From Blepharisma stoltei ATCC 30299 (Eukaryota; Protista; Ciliophora): a stretch of 64,000 bases of DNA. Under the pieces are notes generated by a model. It had not been told where the DNA came from. It made no database searches and was given only the letters and a program-made list of their open reading frames with translations. The DNA is taken from NCBI GenBank assembly GCA_965603825.1, contig CBFDEM010000010.1:434001-498000 (forward strand), in the 5' to 3' direction. This document shows, piece by piece, positions 12,740-24,132 of the stretch (its first letter is position 1; every line of letters starts with the position of its first letter). The translations under genes were made by a program, and so were the position numbers.

Positions 12740-14512
12740 TTAATAAGGATGCTTATGGAACTTAAAAATATCTTCAACTTGTTTCATCACGCCTAAAACA
12801 ACTTCATCATGATATGGTTTTCCAGCTATTTGAATACCGATAGGCATCCCAGCAGACACAGCCATAATTTTTTTCGCGGATCTCGTAAACAAATCATTAA
12901 TTTCACTTTCAAAATTCGTCTCATTTTCTTCAACAAGGCGAACAGGGACAATTCCACTTGGGTATTCCACTACATTCCAAAACATACAATAGTCAAGTGC
13001 ATCAAAGATTTCAACTGTTTTTGTATGAGGAGGAGCTACAGTTGCATATGCAGGGCATATAACAGCATCTAAGCCTAAGGAATTCCAGTATTTTGAAAAA
13101 GTAGTCTTATAAGAATTAATGGCTCTGAATAAATCAATATATTCAGCTGGAGTAGCGTTATCTTTTAATTCCAAAGCTCTAAGAACTCTTGGACTGTTGA
13201 ATAGTTTTAAAAGAAGTCGGAAAAACGGCTTAAGGTAATATTTATCATTTAAAAACTCAACTATTCTGTAATAATACTGTGGGGTTTCTCCTTGAAGCAT
13301 TTCTCTTAAAACTTTGTTGCCATGACAGTTGAAGCCATCTTTATAAAGCTTGACTGCCTGTATAGAGTTAGGAATTTTTATTTCAATTAAAGTATGTCCT
13401 AATTTTTCTAATGCTTCTTTGCACTCCCTAATTGCGTTCTTTATGCATGGAGCACTTTCAAACTGCTCTAAATCATAGAAATATCCAATTTTCAAGTTTT
13501 TCGAAGCTGCAGCTTCATTGTACATATTATGATTAAATGGAATTGGGGCTAACGATAAATCTCTTTTATATTGTTTTTCGACACAGAAGCATTCCATTAC
13601 TGCTTTTAAGTCATCCACACATCTTCCTATTGGGCCAGATGTTATTCCTATAAGATATGCAAGTGGTTCAATATCTCCAGGGTGCGCAGCTCTTACTCCG
13701 ATATTTGAAACTCTGCCAGGTGTTGGCTTTAGCCCATAAACCCCACAAAATGTAGAAGGGATTCTAATTGACCCTCCAATGTCACTGCCTAGCCCAAGAG
13801 GTGAAGCTCTACAAGCGACTAATCCAGCTTCTCCACCTGAGCTTCCCCCAGTAGTGTGATTTTTATTCCAAGGGTTTTTAGCAGTCCCATATATGTCATT
13901 TGAAGACTCAATCCAAAGCATCCCTTGTGGAACGTTACTTCTAATGAAAGGAATTGCTCCAGCGTCTTTTAATAGCTCAAGCAATAAACAGTCAACTTCA
14001 TCAGGCAAATCAAGCCTCCAAGCACATCCTGAACTAGATGTGCAGCCGATTTGGGAAAAATGATCCTTGATACTGACAGGGACACCGTGAAGTGGTCCAC
14101 AGTTTTCAGGGTTTTGTAGGAGCATTTCATCATGAGCTTTCGCTAAGTCAAGAGCTTCTTCAAAAGGCTCTTCAGCTGTGAGTTCTAATTTTCTTCCTAA
14201 ATCATAGGCCCTTCCAATATATGTTGCTACAGCTTCCAAACAAGTAAATTTTTTTTCTTTAATTGCAGCTGCAAGCTCTAGGGCGGTCAATGAAAGTATA
14301 TATTCTTGCTTTTCCTTGTCAACTGGAGGTATTTCAATTTTTTTGGCATCTCTTTGAGCTCTTTTTGCTTTCGCTTTATGTCTAAGTCTGCAAGCCACAA
14401 CTTGTTTTTTAACGCGCGAATAAAGGAATAAGCTGGCACAGACACCAACCCCATAGAGAATTCTTTTGTCGACTTTAGAGAGACGTTCACGAATGGTTTC
14501 GATAAAATTCAT
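12740..14512 (-). CDS. FAAH: Fatty acid amide hydrolase-like amidase
   Basis: GPLHGVPVSIKD, GGSSGGE, GSDIGGSIRIP amidase signature; N-terminal TM anchor. Confidence 0.9.
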   Translation of the reverse strand: MNFIETIRERLSKVDKRILYGVGVCASLFLYSRVKKQVVACRLRHKAKAKRAQRDAKKIEIPPVDKEKQEYILSLTALELAAAIKEKKFTCLEAVATYIGRAYDLGRKLELTAEEPFEEALDLAKAHDEMLLQNPENCGPLHGVPVSIKDHFSQIGCTSSSGCAWRLDLPDEVDCLLLELLKDAGAIPFIRSNVPQGMLWIESSNDIYGTAKNPWNKNHTTGGSSGGEAGLVACRASPLGLGSDIGGSIRIPSTFCGVYGLKPTPGRVSNIGVRAAHPGDIEPLAYLIGITSGPIGRCVDDLKAVMECFCVEKQYKRDLSLAPIPFNHNMYNEAAASKNLKIGYFYDLEQFESAPCIKNAIRECKEALEKLGHTLIEIKIPNSIQAVKLYKDGFNCHGNKVLREMLQGETPQYYYRIVEFLNDKYYLKPFFRLLLKLFNSPRVLRALELKDNATPAEYIDLFRAINSYKTTFSKYWNSLGLDAVICPAYATVAPPHTKTVEIFDALDYCMFWNVVEYPSGIVPVRLVEENETNFESEINDLFTRSAKKIMAVSAGMPIGIQIAGKPYHDEVVLGVMKQVEDIFKFHKHPY

Positions 14513-14985
14513 ATTATATCAGATTAATACTTATGGGTATGTTTTCTTTAATTGTATTAGATATATCGCTTATACAATTAAGCTATAATGCTTTAATTGT
14601 GATATTTCAAGATCATTTTTAAATAAAACAGCGAAATTTATTATGAGTAATCTTATACTCAAAAAAATGTGATAATAAATATTCTCCAGTTGATTTAATA
14701 AAGAAAAGCTATTGTAAAGTATAGAAAATTCCCTTTAATATCTCTCTTGAGAACATTAAAAAAATAGTTTTTGCTATTCTCTGGTTTTATAGCTCAGTTT
14801 ATTTTGTATATAATTTGTTTAACATTATTAGCACCTTGCTCATAAAGTCTCTCAACTCTCTGATCAAAAGCGTTTTAATTTCTCTGCTCATGCATCTCAA
14901 AATTATAATTGACTACTTACTTCCCTCCCATTTTATTAATGTTTTTTCTATTCCATAATAAAATTATTTAACTTAATTTCGACAA

Positions 14986-15630
14986 ATGAAAAGTGCTTCT
15001 CCTATTCCCAGTAAACTAGAAAAGAGAGGACTAATTTCAACCTTAACACTAGGTCACTCGCCTATCGTCCATTTAGAAAAAGAAAAAGAAAAGCCAACTA
15101 AGCCTATTTCGAAAAGAAGAATTGACGAAGAAAGCCTAACCTGGAGAACTCTAAACCCGGCCTACCCAGAAAAACCTTCTCGATGCGTATACGGAAAAAG
15201 GAGAGTAACCCCTAACTATGCTGACGATTCTCAAGATAGCAGAAGCACGAGTGCAGATCTTGCGGTTAAATCACCAAATCCTCAATGCAAGACAAGCAGA
15301 GAGCATCCTTTTAGTGGGGAAGCCGTAAAAATCGAAGAAGACTACAAGTCCATAAGGTCACAAAAGTACCTTGAAAGCCAAGTAATTGGACTCCCTGGAT
15401 CGAGAGTTAAATGCTATACACCTCCTCCCTCAAACAAAATGCCCAGAACAATCTCATCAATAGAAAATTTGCCAGGGTCATTCTTAGTTCCTCCAGAAGA
15501 TCCTCAAAAAACCCAAAAAAAGCTTAGTCCTTTGAAGCATGAGACAACAATGTTTAATCCAGTTATTGAAAAGCCTCTAAAACAAAGCATTACTTTAGAG
15601 CAAAGTTTTGATATCTCAGGCCGGTTTTAG
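14986..15630 (+). CDS. Hypothetical Ser/Pro/Lys-rich protein
   Basis: 214-aa ORF with AT-rich flanks; no recognised domain. Confidence 0.7.
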   Translation: MKSASPIPSKLEKRGLISTLTLGHSPIVHLEKEKEKPTKPISKRRIDEESLTWRTLNPAYPEKPSRCVYGKRRVTPNYADDSQDSRSTSADLAVKSPNPQCKTSREHPFSGEAVKIEEDYKSIRSQKYLESQVIGLPGSRVKCYTPPPSNKMPRTISSIENLPGSFLVPPEDPQKTQKKLSPLKHETTMFNPVIEKPLKQSITLEQSFDISGRF

Positions 15631-15671
15631 AGAACTAGAAGATAGTTTAAATTAATTTCATATTTAATATT

Positions 15672-16361
15672 ATGAAGCTCAGCATTGCCTTATTTGTCAG
15701 CTGTGCTTTGGCTTTAAGTATTCCAGATCCTATTAATGATCAAGAACGAAATGACGAAATCGCTCAATCACAAGTTAGGGCCCGCTATCTATCTTGTTTA
15801 CTGATTTATAGAAATCTGAAGAAAGAACTTAAGGACTTTGAAGAAATAATGGCAGCCACTAAGCATGATAAAGATCTGACCCGCAAAAAGATTTTTGGAG
15901 ATTTACTATATAGATGTGAAAATACAATGACTCCTAAGCTTGCAGAAGAGCTTTTGACCGCTGACGAAATGGATCTCGGTAAAGAAGAGCTTAAAGACAT
16001 TGTTTTAATCAATAAAGAGCAGCTTTTGGATTCTGGAAAAGACATTAAATTGACACAGCAGCAAGAAGAATTAATTAAAAAAATCACAGATGTAACTTTT
16101 AAGTAGGAAGCAAACAGATCTGATGACGGGTTTGACCAAGAACCCCAGGTTTTGAGCGATTTTGACATAAATTCATACATGCAGGCAAAAGAGCTTCTCC
16201 ATCCAGTTTTGCATTATTTCGGGCTTGCAGGAGGGATTTCTCTGCTCTTACTTTTAGCATTCATCAGTATTTTTTATTTAGTGATCAAAAAAATCCTAGC
16301 TTTAAGTAACAAAGATAAGGCTAAAAAGAAGTCTAAGAAGGCATCTAAAAAGACTAACTAA
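15672..16361 (+). CDS. Type I membrane protein with C-terminal KKxx ER-retrieval motif
   Basis: Signal peptide; intron 16092-16106 joins two ORFs in frame; single TM then ...KKASKKTN*. Confidence 0.8.
16092..16106 (+). other. 15-nt intron
   Basis: gtaacttttaagtag with in-frame TAG; joins ITD|EANRS. Confidence 0.85.
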
Positions 16362-16492
16362 GACTTTTAACCCAATTTGTGCTGCTTATCCTTAGATTTA
16401 ATTCTTAATTTATATTAAAAATTGGCTATTTTCTGAACAAACACAGTAGATTTCTTTCATAATTTAAATTATTTTATATCAAAACAATAAAT

Positions 16493-17572
16493 ATGTTGAA
16501 GAATTTATCTTTAGCACTCATCCTTGTTATTTCCTCTGCAAGGCGAATTGACATAAGGGAAGACGAAGATATGCTTTCAGCTGTTTCCTGTAAAGCTTAT
16601 ACCTGCAAGACTTCAAATGTTACCATCCCTTCTGGATCTTGTGGGGTTGTTGTGAACTCCAACGTTTACTTAAAACCTTGCTCCACCGTTGACCCAACTA
16701 CATCATACTGTAATTATACAAACTTCAATTTCACATGCACAGCAACACCCACAAGTAGCTCCCTGCAGAATTACCCTGGAGAGCCATGCTCGACGCAGTC
16801 AGACTGCAAGTTTGGGACATGCACAAAATCAGTATGCACAGGAGTAAGTAAAGGCAGCAGCTGTGTTATTCATGAACAATGCAGCCCTGGACTCAGATGC
16901 TCATCTGGAGGAGTCTGTGTGGATCAACTAGCTATTGGTGTTTCGGGATGTCGAAGCTATGCTGATTGCGTCAATTATGCAAGCTGCAATGCCACTTATT
17001 CTTCATCTAATGGGGTTTGCACTCAATATCACTCTGTTGCAAATGGATTAGTTGTCACTGATTGTGAAAATGGGTTTTCTGAAATGTGTGCTACAGGTTA
17101 TTGTATTAAAACAGGAAGCTGGTTTGGGCAACTAGGGACTTGTGCAATTGCTCCGACAAGTACTAAAACAATGCCAGTCAGCTGTGCACAAAATACAGAT
17201 TGCTTGGGAACTGATGGCACAAATATGATGCTAAGCAGCTGTCAATGTGGCTATAATTCTGGTGCAAAATCCTATTGCAGCGCATTCATTGGAGACACGC
17301 CAGGCCAAAATCTTCTCAGTATGTGGCTAAAAGCCTTAAAAGCTTCAGCTTCAATATGCAATACAGTCAGACGAGATGCAGATCCATGTCTATCTCTTAT
17401 AGGCTACTTAGACTACATAACCGCAGCGGATTTCTACTGAAATTACTATTCCCAAGTCCAAGGAAACGATTTGTGTGTCCAAAACATCTTAACCAAGGCT
17501 TATTGGGCATATGCAACCGATTCTGCATATCTGATCACATTTGGAGTCCTCTTAATTTCCCTTTGGATTTAA
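16493..17572 (+). CDS. Cys-rich surface protein, probably GPI-anchored
   Basis: Signal peptide, many Cys; TGA at 17438 read as W adds 43 aa ending in hydrophobic AYLITFGVLLISLWI*. Confidence 0.82.
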
Positions 17573-17609
17573 AAATAATTCATTCTTATTTTTATTAGAT
17601 TATTCAAAG

Positions 17610-17792
17610 CTAAGATCTTTTTGTCTTAAATATTTGATATCCAAAGAAACAGATTCCTAATGCTGACGCAATAAGAGTCCCTACTATTATATACTTTTCT
17701 CTTCAGGTTATGTCAAAGCCTATTTCATAGTCTCCGTTCACCCATTCTGGATAAGGTCCTTTATCGTAATCATACTTTGCCCACTTTCCCAT
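17610..17792 (-). CDS. 60-aa single-TM microprotein (not in ORF track)
   Basis: MGKWAKYDYDKGPYPEWVNGDYEIGFDIT(TGA=W)REKYIIVGTLIASALGICFFGYQIFKTKRS*; GC-richer block between AT-rich flanks. Confidence 0.7.
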
Positions 17793-17928
17793 AATTTTTA
17801 TTAGTAAATTATTTTAATTTACATTTTACGAGCAAAAAATAGCTATAATTATATTGCAATTGATCTGAAAAAACTCGTAAAGGCTTATTAAATTATTGTT
17901 AAGTAATCCATTTATAAACTAATTCAAG

Positions 17929-18507
17929 ATGACGATGACTTGTACCAAAGCAATTCAAGAATGGGAAGCGCGCACAGGGCAGCGTGCAGCAGAAGCATCA
18001 GAAGTCAAACTAATCTGCTGGAACCCGCCAATCAACAAGATGGACCAAGGTTTATCTCAACTTATTAACTGCCGCAAGTTATCATTATCAACTAATTCAA
18101 TCGAAAAAATAATGAACTTGTCCAACCTAAGAAGCCTTGAAATTTTATCAATAGGTAGAAACCAAATAAGAAAAATATCTGGGCTTGATGAAGTCGGAGG
18201 GACACTTAAAGAGCTTTGAATTTCTTACAATATGATTGAAAAACTAGATGGACTTCAAAACTGTGTAAGGCTTGCTACACTTTTTATATCAAACAATAAA
18301 ATCAAAAACTGGGAAGAAATTAATAGGCTTAACCAGCTACAAGAGCTGAGAAACGTCCTTTTGTCTGGAAATCCTATTTATGATAGCTTCCAAAATAAAG
18401 ATGATGCGCGACCTATGGTAATTAAAAGGTGTCCTCATATAGAAGTCCTAGATGGAGCAATAGTTTCAGACCAAGTCAGAAGACAAGCAGAAGAGCTAAG
18501 AGATTAG
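17929..18507 (+). CDS. DNAL1: Axonemal dynein light chain 1 (LC1, LRR)
   Basis: [26 protein letters not shown](TGA=W)ISYN at 18217, GNP, LDG. Confidence 0.93.
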
Positions 18508-18646
18508 CCTAAGTTAGCTTAACAATAAAATATGAATAATAAATAATCCTTATTTAAATAGTTTAACTTAATAGCTCCACGATCTATTTTATAGTCAGCA
18601 GTTAAATTTCCAATACATCAGTATCTAATTACTAATGATATAAATT

Positions 18647-19168
18647 ATGATAGGAAGTGTAACTCCAGAAGAGGTTCTTTCTCATACCCAAGCAACAACT
18701 GAGTTTTTATGCTCACTGAGCGCCAACATCTTTGATATAAGATTTGGAAGCTTCAGACTCAGAGATATGGACTCCAACACAATTCTCCTAGACCTAGAAA
18801 GAGATTTTGAGCCTCAGACTGAAGAATCAAGATTTATTAGCTATAATTTCCCTCCTGAGTTCTTGAATCTGCGCACAGTAGGCTCTTTGATTTATTTTTC
18901 TGTAGGAGAATACCCTGTCTCTAACTTTAGAATGATAGAAAGGCACTACTTTAAGGACAGACTGGTGCAGAATTATGATTTCACTATTGATTTTATGATA
19001 CCAAGAACCATCAACTCTAGAGAGTTTATCTATACACTTCCAGAGCTTACTGAGGAGCAAAAAGAAGATATTATGCTGAGTCCAAGAGAAATGAAGTCAG
19101 ATAGCTTCTTTTTTGCTGATGGTCAGCTTATCATGCATGTCAGGGCAGAATATGATTATTCAGGCTAG
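18647..19168 (+). CDS. UNC119: UNC119-family lipid-binding chaperone
   Basis: FLCSLSANIFDIRFGSFRLRD, FRMIERHYFKD, SDSFFF..LIMH.RAEY. Confidence 0.92.
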   Translation: MIGSVTPEEVLSHTQATTEFLCSLSANIFDIRFGSFRLRDMDSNTILLDLERDFEPQTEESRFISYNFPPEFLNLRTVGSLIYFSVGEYPVSNFRMIERHYFKDRLVQNYDFTIDFMIPRTINSREFIYTLPELTEEQKEDIMLSPREMKSDSFFFADGQLIMHVRAEYDYSG

Positions 19169-19410
19169 TTTCCCAATAATTAAAGTTAAATCGAATTTCT
19201 AATAAAAATAAGCCATTGAGAGGTTGATTACAAGGCTGCTTTATAAAGTTTTTTTGGAAAGCATGAAAGGCTTTTAAGTTGAGACTAAAATGCCATTTCT
19301 GTAATCTGAGTTTCGTATTTTAGCGATTTTCGGAGCATAAGAATTTATGATAAATAAAATTATTCGTTTCTACATAATAAAACTTTTTTAAAAAATGTTT
19401 GAATTTAAGC

Positions 19411-20772
19411 TTACTGCTTATATCCTTGAATCCTATATTGAAGAGCTTCTAAATAATGGCTGAAGTCAACTTTATAGTTGTCTATAACTGTACCTCTAAG
19501 TATAGCTGCAGCCCATTTTCTTTCAGCATCTTCACATACAGCTTTTATATCTCTCCCTGAAAGCCCTTCGCTCATATCTGCTAACTGGTTTAGCTGTGCC
19601 TGTGTTAAATGCCTTGCATATCTCATAAAAATTGCAGATCTGCTATGCTTATCTGGATATGGGAATGAAATCACTTTAGAAAATCTGCTCTGCAAAGCAA
19701 GATCTAAATCTTCTTTTCTATTAGTTGCACATATCACGATTACGTCATCGCTGCTTTCAAACCCATCTAGATATCTTAAAAATACACTTAAAATCCTTCT
19801 TGTGGCTTCATGCATCTCTTTTTCTCTGCTTTGTGCTAAGCTGTCTATTTCATCAATAAATATTACACATTTTCCAAGCCTTTGACAATTTTCAAAAACT
19901 TTGCCCAGATTTTTTTCTGCTTCTCCGTATAATGAAGAAATTATAGTTTCCAATCTGACATAAACCATTGGGATTTTTACCTGATGTGATATAATTTTTG
20001 CACTTGTTGTTTTTCCAGTTCCAGGAGGTCCCTCAAATAGCACCGCTCTAGGCCTATTTTTCTCATCTTTCACTCTTGTAACTTGTGTAATTTTATCAAA
20101 AATCTCCGGCCTTTCAAGCGTCAGCAGAATTGTGTCTTCAATTTCTCTTTTCGCTTCTTCAGATCCCGCTAAATAATCCCAATCATAATAAGGATCATCT
20201 GGCAGAAACACAAGCGCTCCTAAATTTTGTAAATTCTCAATAGGATCCCCTCCTCTCTGTCCTCTCCCATCATATCTTGGATGATTTATCCTTTGGACAT
20301 GTGAAATAATAGGGTTAATCGGCTGATTTGCTTTTTGGTAAATATCGCTAAGCCTTTTCAAGTCTTCAGTAAACCCATCTTCTTCTTTAGTATACTCAAA
20401 CATATAGAAATAATTATTGATTGGGCCTGACAGAGTAATGGAATATTCTTTATTGTTTTCATCTAGAAAATCATATCGAAGACTTTCAATTCCTCGAATA
20501 TTGGTTTGTTTTTTATGTTTTAATTTGCAGTTTTTCATATTACCCTCAATATACTCTGCTATTAATGGGACGGTTCCTCGTCTTTTATCGATATGGAAAG
20601 AGATGGAGTATTGATCCCCTTTTTGCTGATATTTGACTTCAGGAAAAGACATCATTTGTGTGCCGAATTCTCGCTTCATTTCTTCGATTTTTTGGTTGAA
20701 TTGGGATTGAATGTGGTCAAGGCCTTTAGCGCTGCAGTACGCAAGACTGACTAATCCTCTGAATAAAAACAT
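19411..20772 (-). CDS. Single-domain AAA+ ATPase
   Basis: Walker A GPPGTGKT, Walker B IFIDEID, SRH ATNRKEDLDLALQSRF. Confidence 0.9.
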   Translation of the reverse strand: MFLFRGLVSLAYCSAKGLDHIQSQFNQKIEEMKREFGTQMMSFPEVKYQQKGDQYSISFHIDKRRGTVPLIAEYIEGNMKNCKLKHKKQTNIRGIESLRYDFLDENNKEYSITLSGPINNYFYMFEYTKEEDGFTEDLKRLSDIYQKANQPINPIISHVQRINHPRYDGRGQRGGDPIENLQNLGALVFLPDDPYYDWDYLAGSEEAKREIEDTILLTLERPEIFDKITQVTRVKDEKNRPRAVLFEGPPGTGKTTSAKIISHQVKIPMVYVRLETIISSLYGEAEKNLGKVFENCQRLGKCVIFIDEIDSLAQSREKEMHEATRRILSVFLRYLDGFESSDDVIVICATNRKEDLDLALQSRFSKVISFPYPDKHSRSAIFMRYARHLTQAQLNQLADMSEGLSGRDIKAVCEDAERKWAAAILRGTVIDNYKVDFSHYLEALQYRIQGYKQ

Positions 20773-20999
20773 AAATTTATTATTAAAAATATTGGCTTAA
20801 ATTGCAAAATTAATAAGCAAAATGTTTTCAATTGTAATTTTTCTAATTGAGATATGCAATAAAGCTATTTTAATTTAAATTCTTAATTAAATAGCGGAAA
20901 AATATTTATTTTTAAGCTTTATTCTGGCTCTTGGATGAGTAGAATACCATATGTGCATAGCCAAGAGCATAATAGCCATAAATGAATATCCTGAATAAT

Positions 21000-23447
21000 T
21001 TAGGCCCGAAGCATATAGTTTGAGACTATTTTTAAAGCGTCGCCAAGCGTTTGCAATTCACATCACCTTGTTCTGTCAATTATTGCAGGATTTCCATGAA
21101 TCATATATTGCACAAATAATCCTAAAGAAAAATTTAATCCAGCCTCATCAAAAGCTTCTTGTTTTAAATGATCTGATTTTCATTCTTCACCAATCAAATT
21201 TTCTGCTTTTAATCTTAACTTCACTTTTTCATCTCCTGGAAGCATCACCATTTCAGGATCAAATGCAAAAATAGGAATCTTTTTGCTTTTAATCAGCAAT
21301 AAAGCTTTTATCAGCTCTCTCAAATATGTTTGCGCTGCATCTTTTGAGAGTTTTTTGTTTTGTAAATTATATTTTGAGAAGTAATCAAGTGCATTGGTTT
21401 TATAGCTTTCATAAACTAGGGATACAGAATCTCCATTGTCAATAGTACCATAAAATCTGCAAATGCTGTCACTTGATAAAATGCTATTGTATTTCCACAG
21501 ATTTAATATGGAATCTTGAGTTTTCCCATCTATTGGAATATTATCATAGTGTATTTTTGAGTTTTTTATACCATTACACAAGAATTTTTCCAAATAACTT
21601 GTATATTTGCTTTCTCCATCAATATCCATTGCATCAGGCTCGAAATTGTTATGATGGTTAAATTCCCTATAGTTTGAGTATTTTTTGGAAGAATTAATAT
21701 GGGTAAATATATATCTCCTTATATCTCTATGCAATTTGACTAACAACTCTTTTTCATTAGCGAAATTGCAGCTAAAATTAAAATTCAAATTTTGGTTGAA
21801 TTTCACTTTTAGCTGATTTTCTCTAAAATAAAAATTATCAATTGGCAAATCGCTTATAGATAGTCCAGCTCTAGATAGTTCTAAATATAGTAATTCAATC
21901 TGATTTATATAAGAAGACTTCCCTTCCAACAAATAATTTATAAATTTTTTGCTAGGGGGCAAAACTTGTCTAATTCTAAAATTCTGTTTTTCTTTTATAA
22001 TTGATATTGATTGTGTCTCAAAAGCTTGGCTTAGAAAAGCATTATTTTTTAGTTTTTCTATAATTTCATAGGATTTAGGGTCACTTACCTCAAAGGATTC
22101 TTCAATTGGATTTGCATTTTTTCCTTTGCTATCAATTGAATTAGTATCTAAATGAAAAGGCTCTACCTTAGAATTTTGAATTTTACTCTGGCAAAACTTA
22201 AATAGCTTTTCTACTCCCTCTATTTCATAGTTTGAATGCTCTTCATATAGCTTAAAAATTCCAAAGCTGAAAATTTTATAATAAAAAATGGCCATTGATA
22301 TCATTTCTTGTGGATATTTTTCTATGCTTTTGTTTTCAATTCCTTCGAAATAGTGAGAAACTTTGAAATAGACCTGAGACTTATTCATGTCAAGGTTAAA
22401 AAATCCATATTCACATTGAGAGTTAGCTAAATTTAAGAAGTGGCTTATCTTGCTATAGGAGCCTATTTCAAACTTTGCTACTTTTGAGTTCACAGCTACA
22501 ATAAGCTTCAGCGCTATAAAATTATTTTTTGATTCAAAAACAACTGGAAAAGTGCTTAATTTTTTGTCTAATTGGTCATTTTCATAAGTAATTGCAATTA
22601 AATCTATATAAGTTTCATTTGAGACACTTTGCTTTATATTTGCAAATCCAAGTTTTTTAATTGCACTAATAACAATATCATTCAATTCGCTCGCGTTTTT
22701 ATGGATAATATAGCTTGGGGAGTTTATTTTTCTTTTTTTCTGACACTGCCCTTTTGAATCAAATTCATTATTTCGTGAATAAACATTTAGAAAATTCTGG
22801 TATTTTTTAATGATTTCTATAATAAAGCTCCACCAAACTCCTGCATTAATATTGGAGTTTTTATAAAAAATTCTTTGAATAAATACCAAATTGTGTGTAT
22901 TCGCATCTTTTGATATTTTAGTCACTGGTTTTTTGATCTCCTCTTTAGTTTCTTCATTTAAAGTTGAAGATTTGATAATAGGAGCTATATGGGCTGAAAA
23001 TCTAAAATCTTCAGCGTTCATTTGGTTAATGAGATTTATCAGTTTGACATCATCTTTGTCGAATTTGAATTCTTTAGAAAGAATTGAGACATAAGCGACA
23101 TTTTCTGTGAAAGTTAAGAAAATAGCGGAGTTTGATTTTTCTTTTGAGGTGTAGGTGAAGAAAAAGTGGGCACAGCTGGACTGGTCAACAAATAGTGGAA
23201 GGACTGCTAGCTTTTTTGAGGTGAAGGTGTACTTTTTGTCGTGTTCTGTTAGGTAATGCTTGAAGGATTCGACGACTTTGTTGTTGAGCATATTATTCGG
23301 GAATTCTGGAGGATGAAGGTTTTGGGCTGGTAAGGCGCAATCAGGCCTACTAGGAGCTGCACCTTGGATAGCAATCTGGTCTGCCTTAGTAGGCCTTCCT
23401 CTGCCCCTTTTAGTAGGTAAAGTTCTTGGTAAGCTTTCATGCATCAT
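21000..23447 (-). CDS. AT-hook plus YbjN-like plus degenerate kinase-fold protein
   Basis: KRGRGRP; long ORF extended through TGA at 21180 and 21063 to TAA 21000-21002; C-terminal kinase-like subdomains lack HRD/DFG; start uncertain. Confidence 0.65.
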
Positions 23448-24132
23448 TTTAATAATTATAAGCATTGAATTCTATAAAAGTTAAACAATTTATCTATATA
23501 CGCTAATATGGAAATTATGTCATTTAATCTTTTTAATTTACGTATTCTGGTTAAATCTTTTTACTAAGCTCAAATTTTTATTGTAAGCAAAATTCTCAAA
23601 TATTTGAGGCTGAACTAAAATAAATAAAGCGAATAGAGTGCAAAAAATGTAGAATTTTAATTTTCTGTAAAGGGTTTAAATATTTAATTCCTATTTATAT
23701 AAGGAAAAGAATAGATTTCTATAATTTTTTTTATAAGCATCAAATTTATCAAAAATATATATTGGTTTTTAAGAATTATATAAAATCAAAAATTATTATA
23801 AGGAATGATTATATAAAACTAAAAAATTTTAAACTCAGAGGAGATTATAGGAATGATACTAAATAAAAATGGATGACTAAGATAAACTAAATGATTTACA
23901 AACTTAATATTATGGCTTTGCTGCTTATTTATTTATAAAATCACTAATCTCAAATAAATTTCTTATTGGCATGCTTTGTTTATCTAATTATTATTCCTCA
24001 TCACTTTAAAAATTTTTCTTTCACAATAACAATTAAGACTTTTATTTATCCAGTAATTTTATCTCTATAATATATTTTCATTATTTTTAAAATTGTTGAA
24101 ATTTTCATTGCAATCACTCTTTAATATCCAAT

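Noticed and set aside
20991-21005. Possible GC-AG 15-nt intron (gcctaaattattcag) on the minus strand that would remove the TAA at 21000
   Set aside because: Poor 5' site, and the extended peptide has no recognisable features; the protein ends plausibly at this TAA
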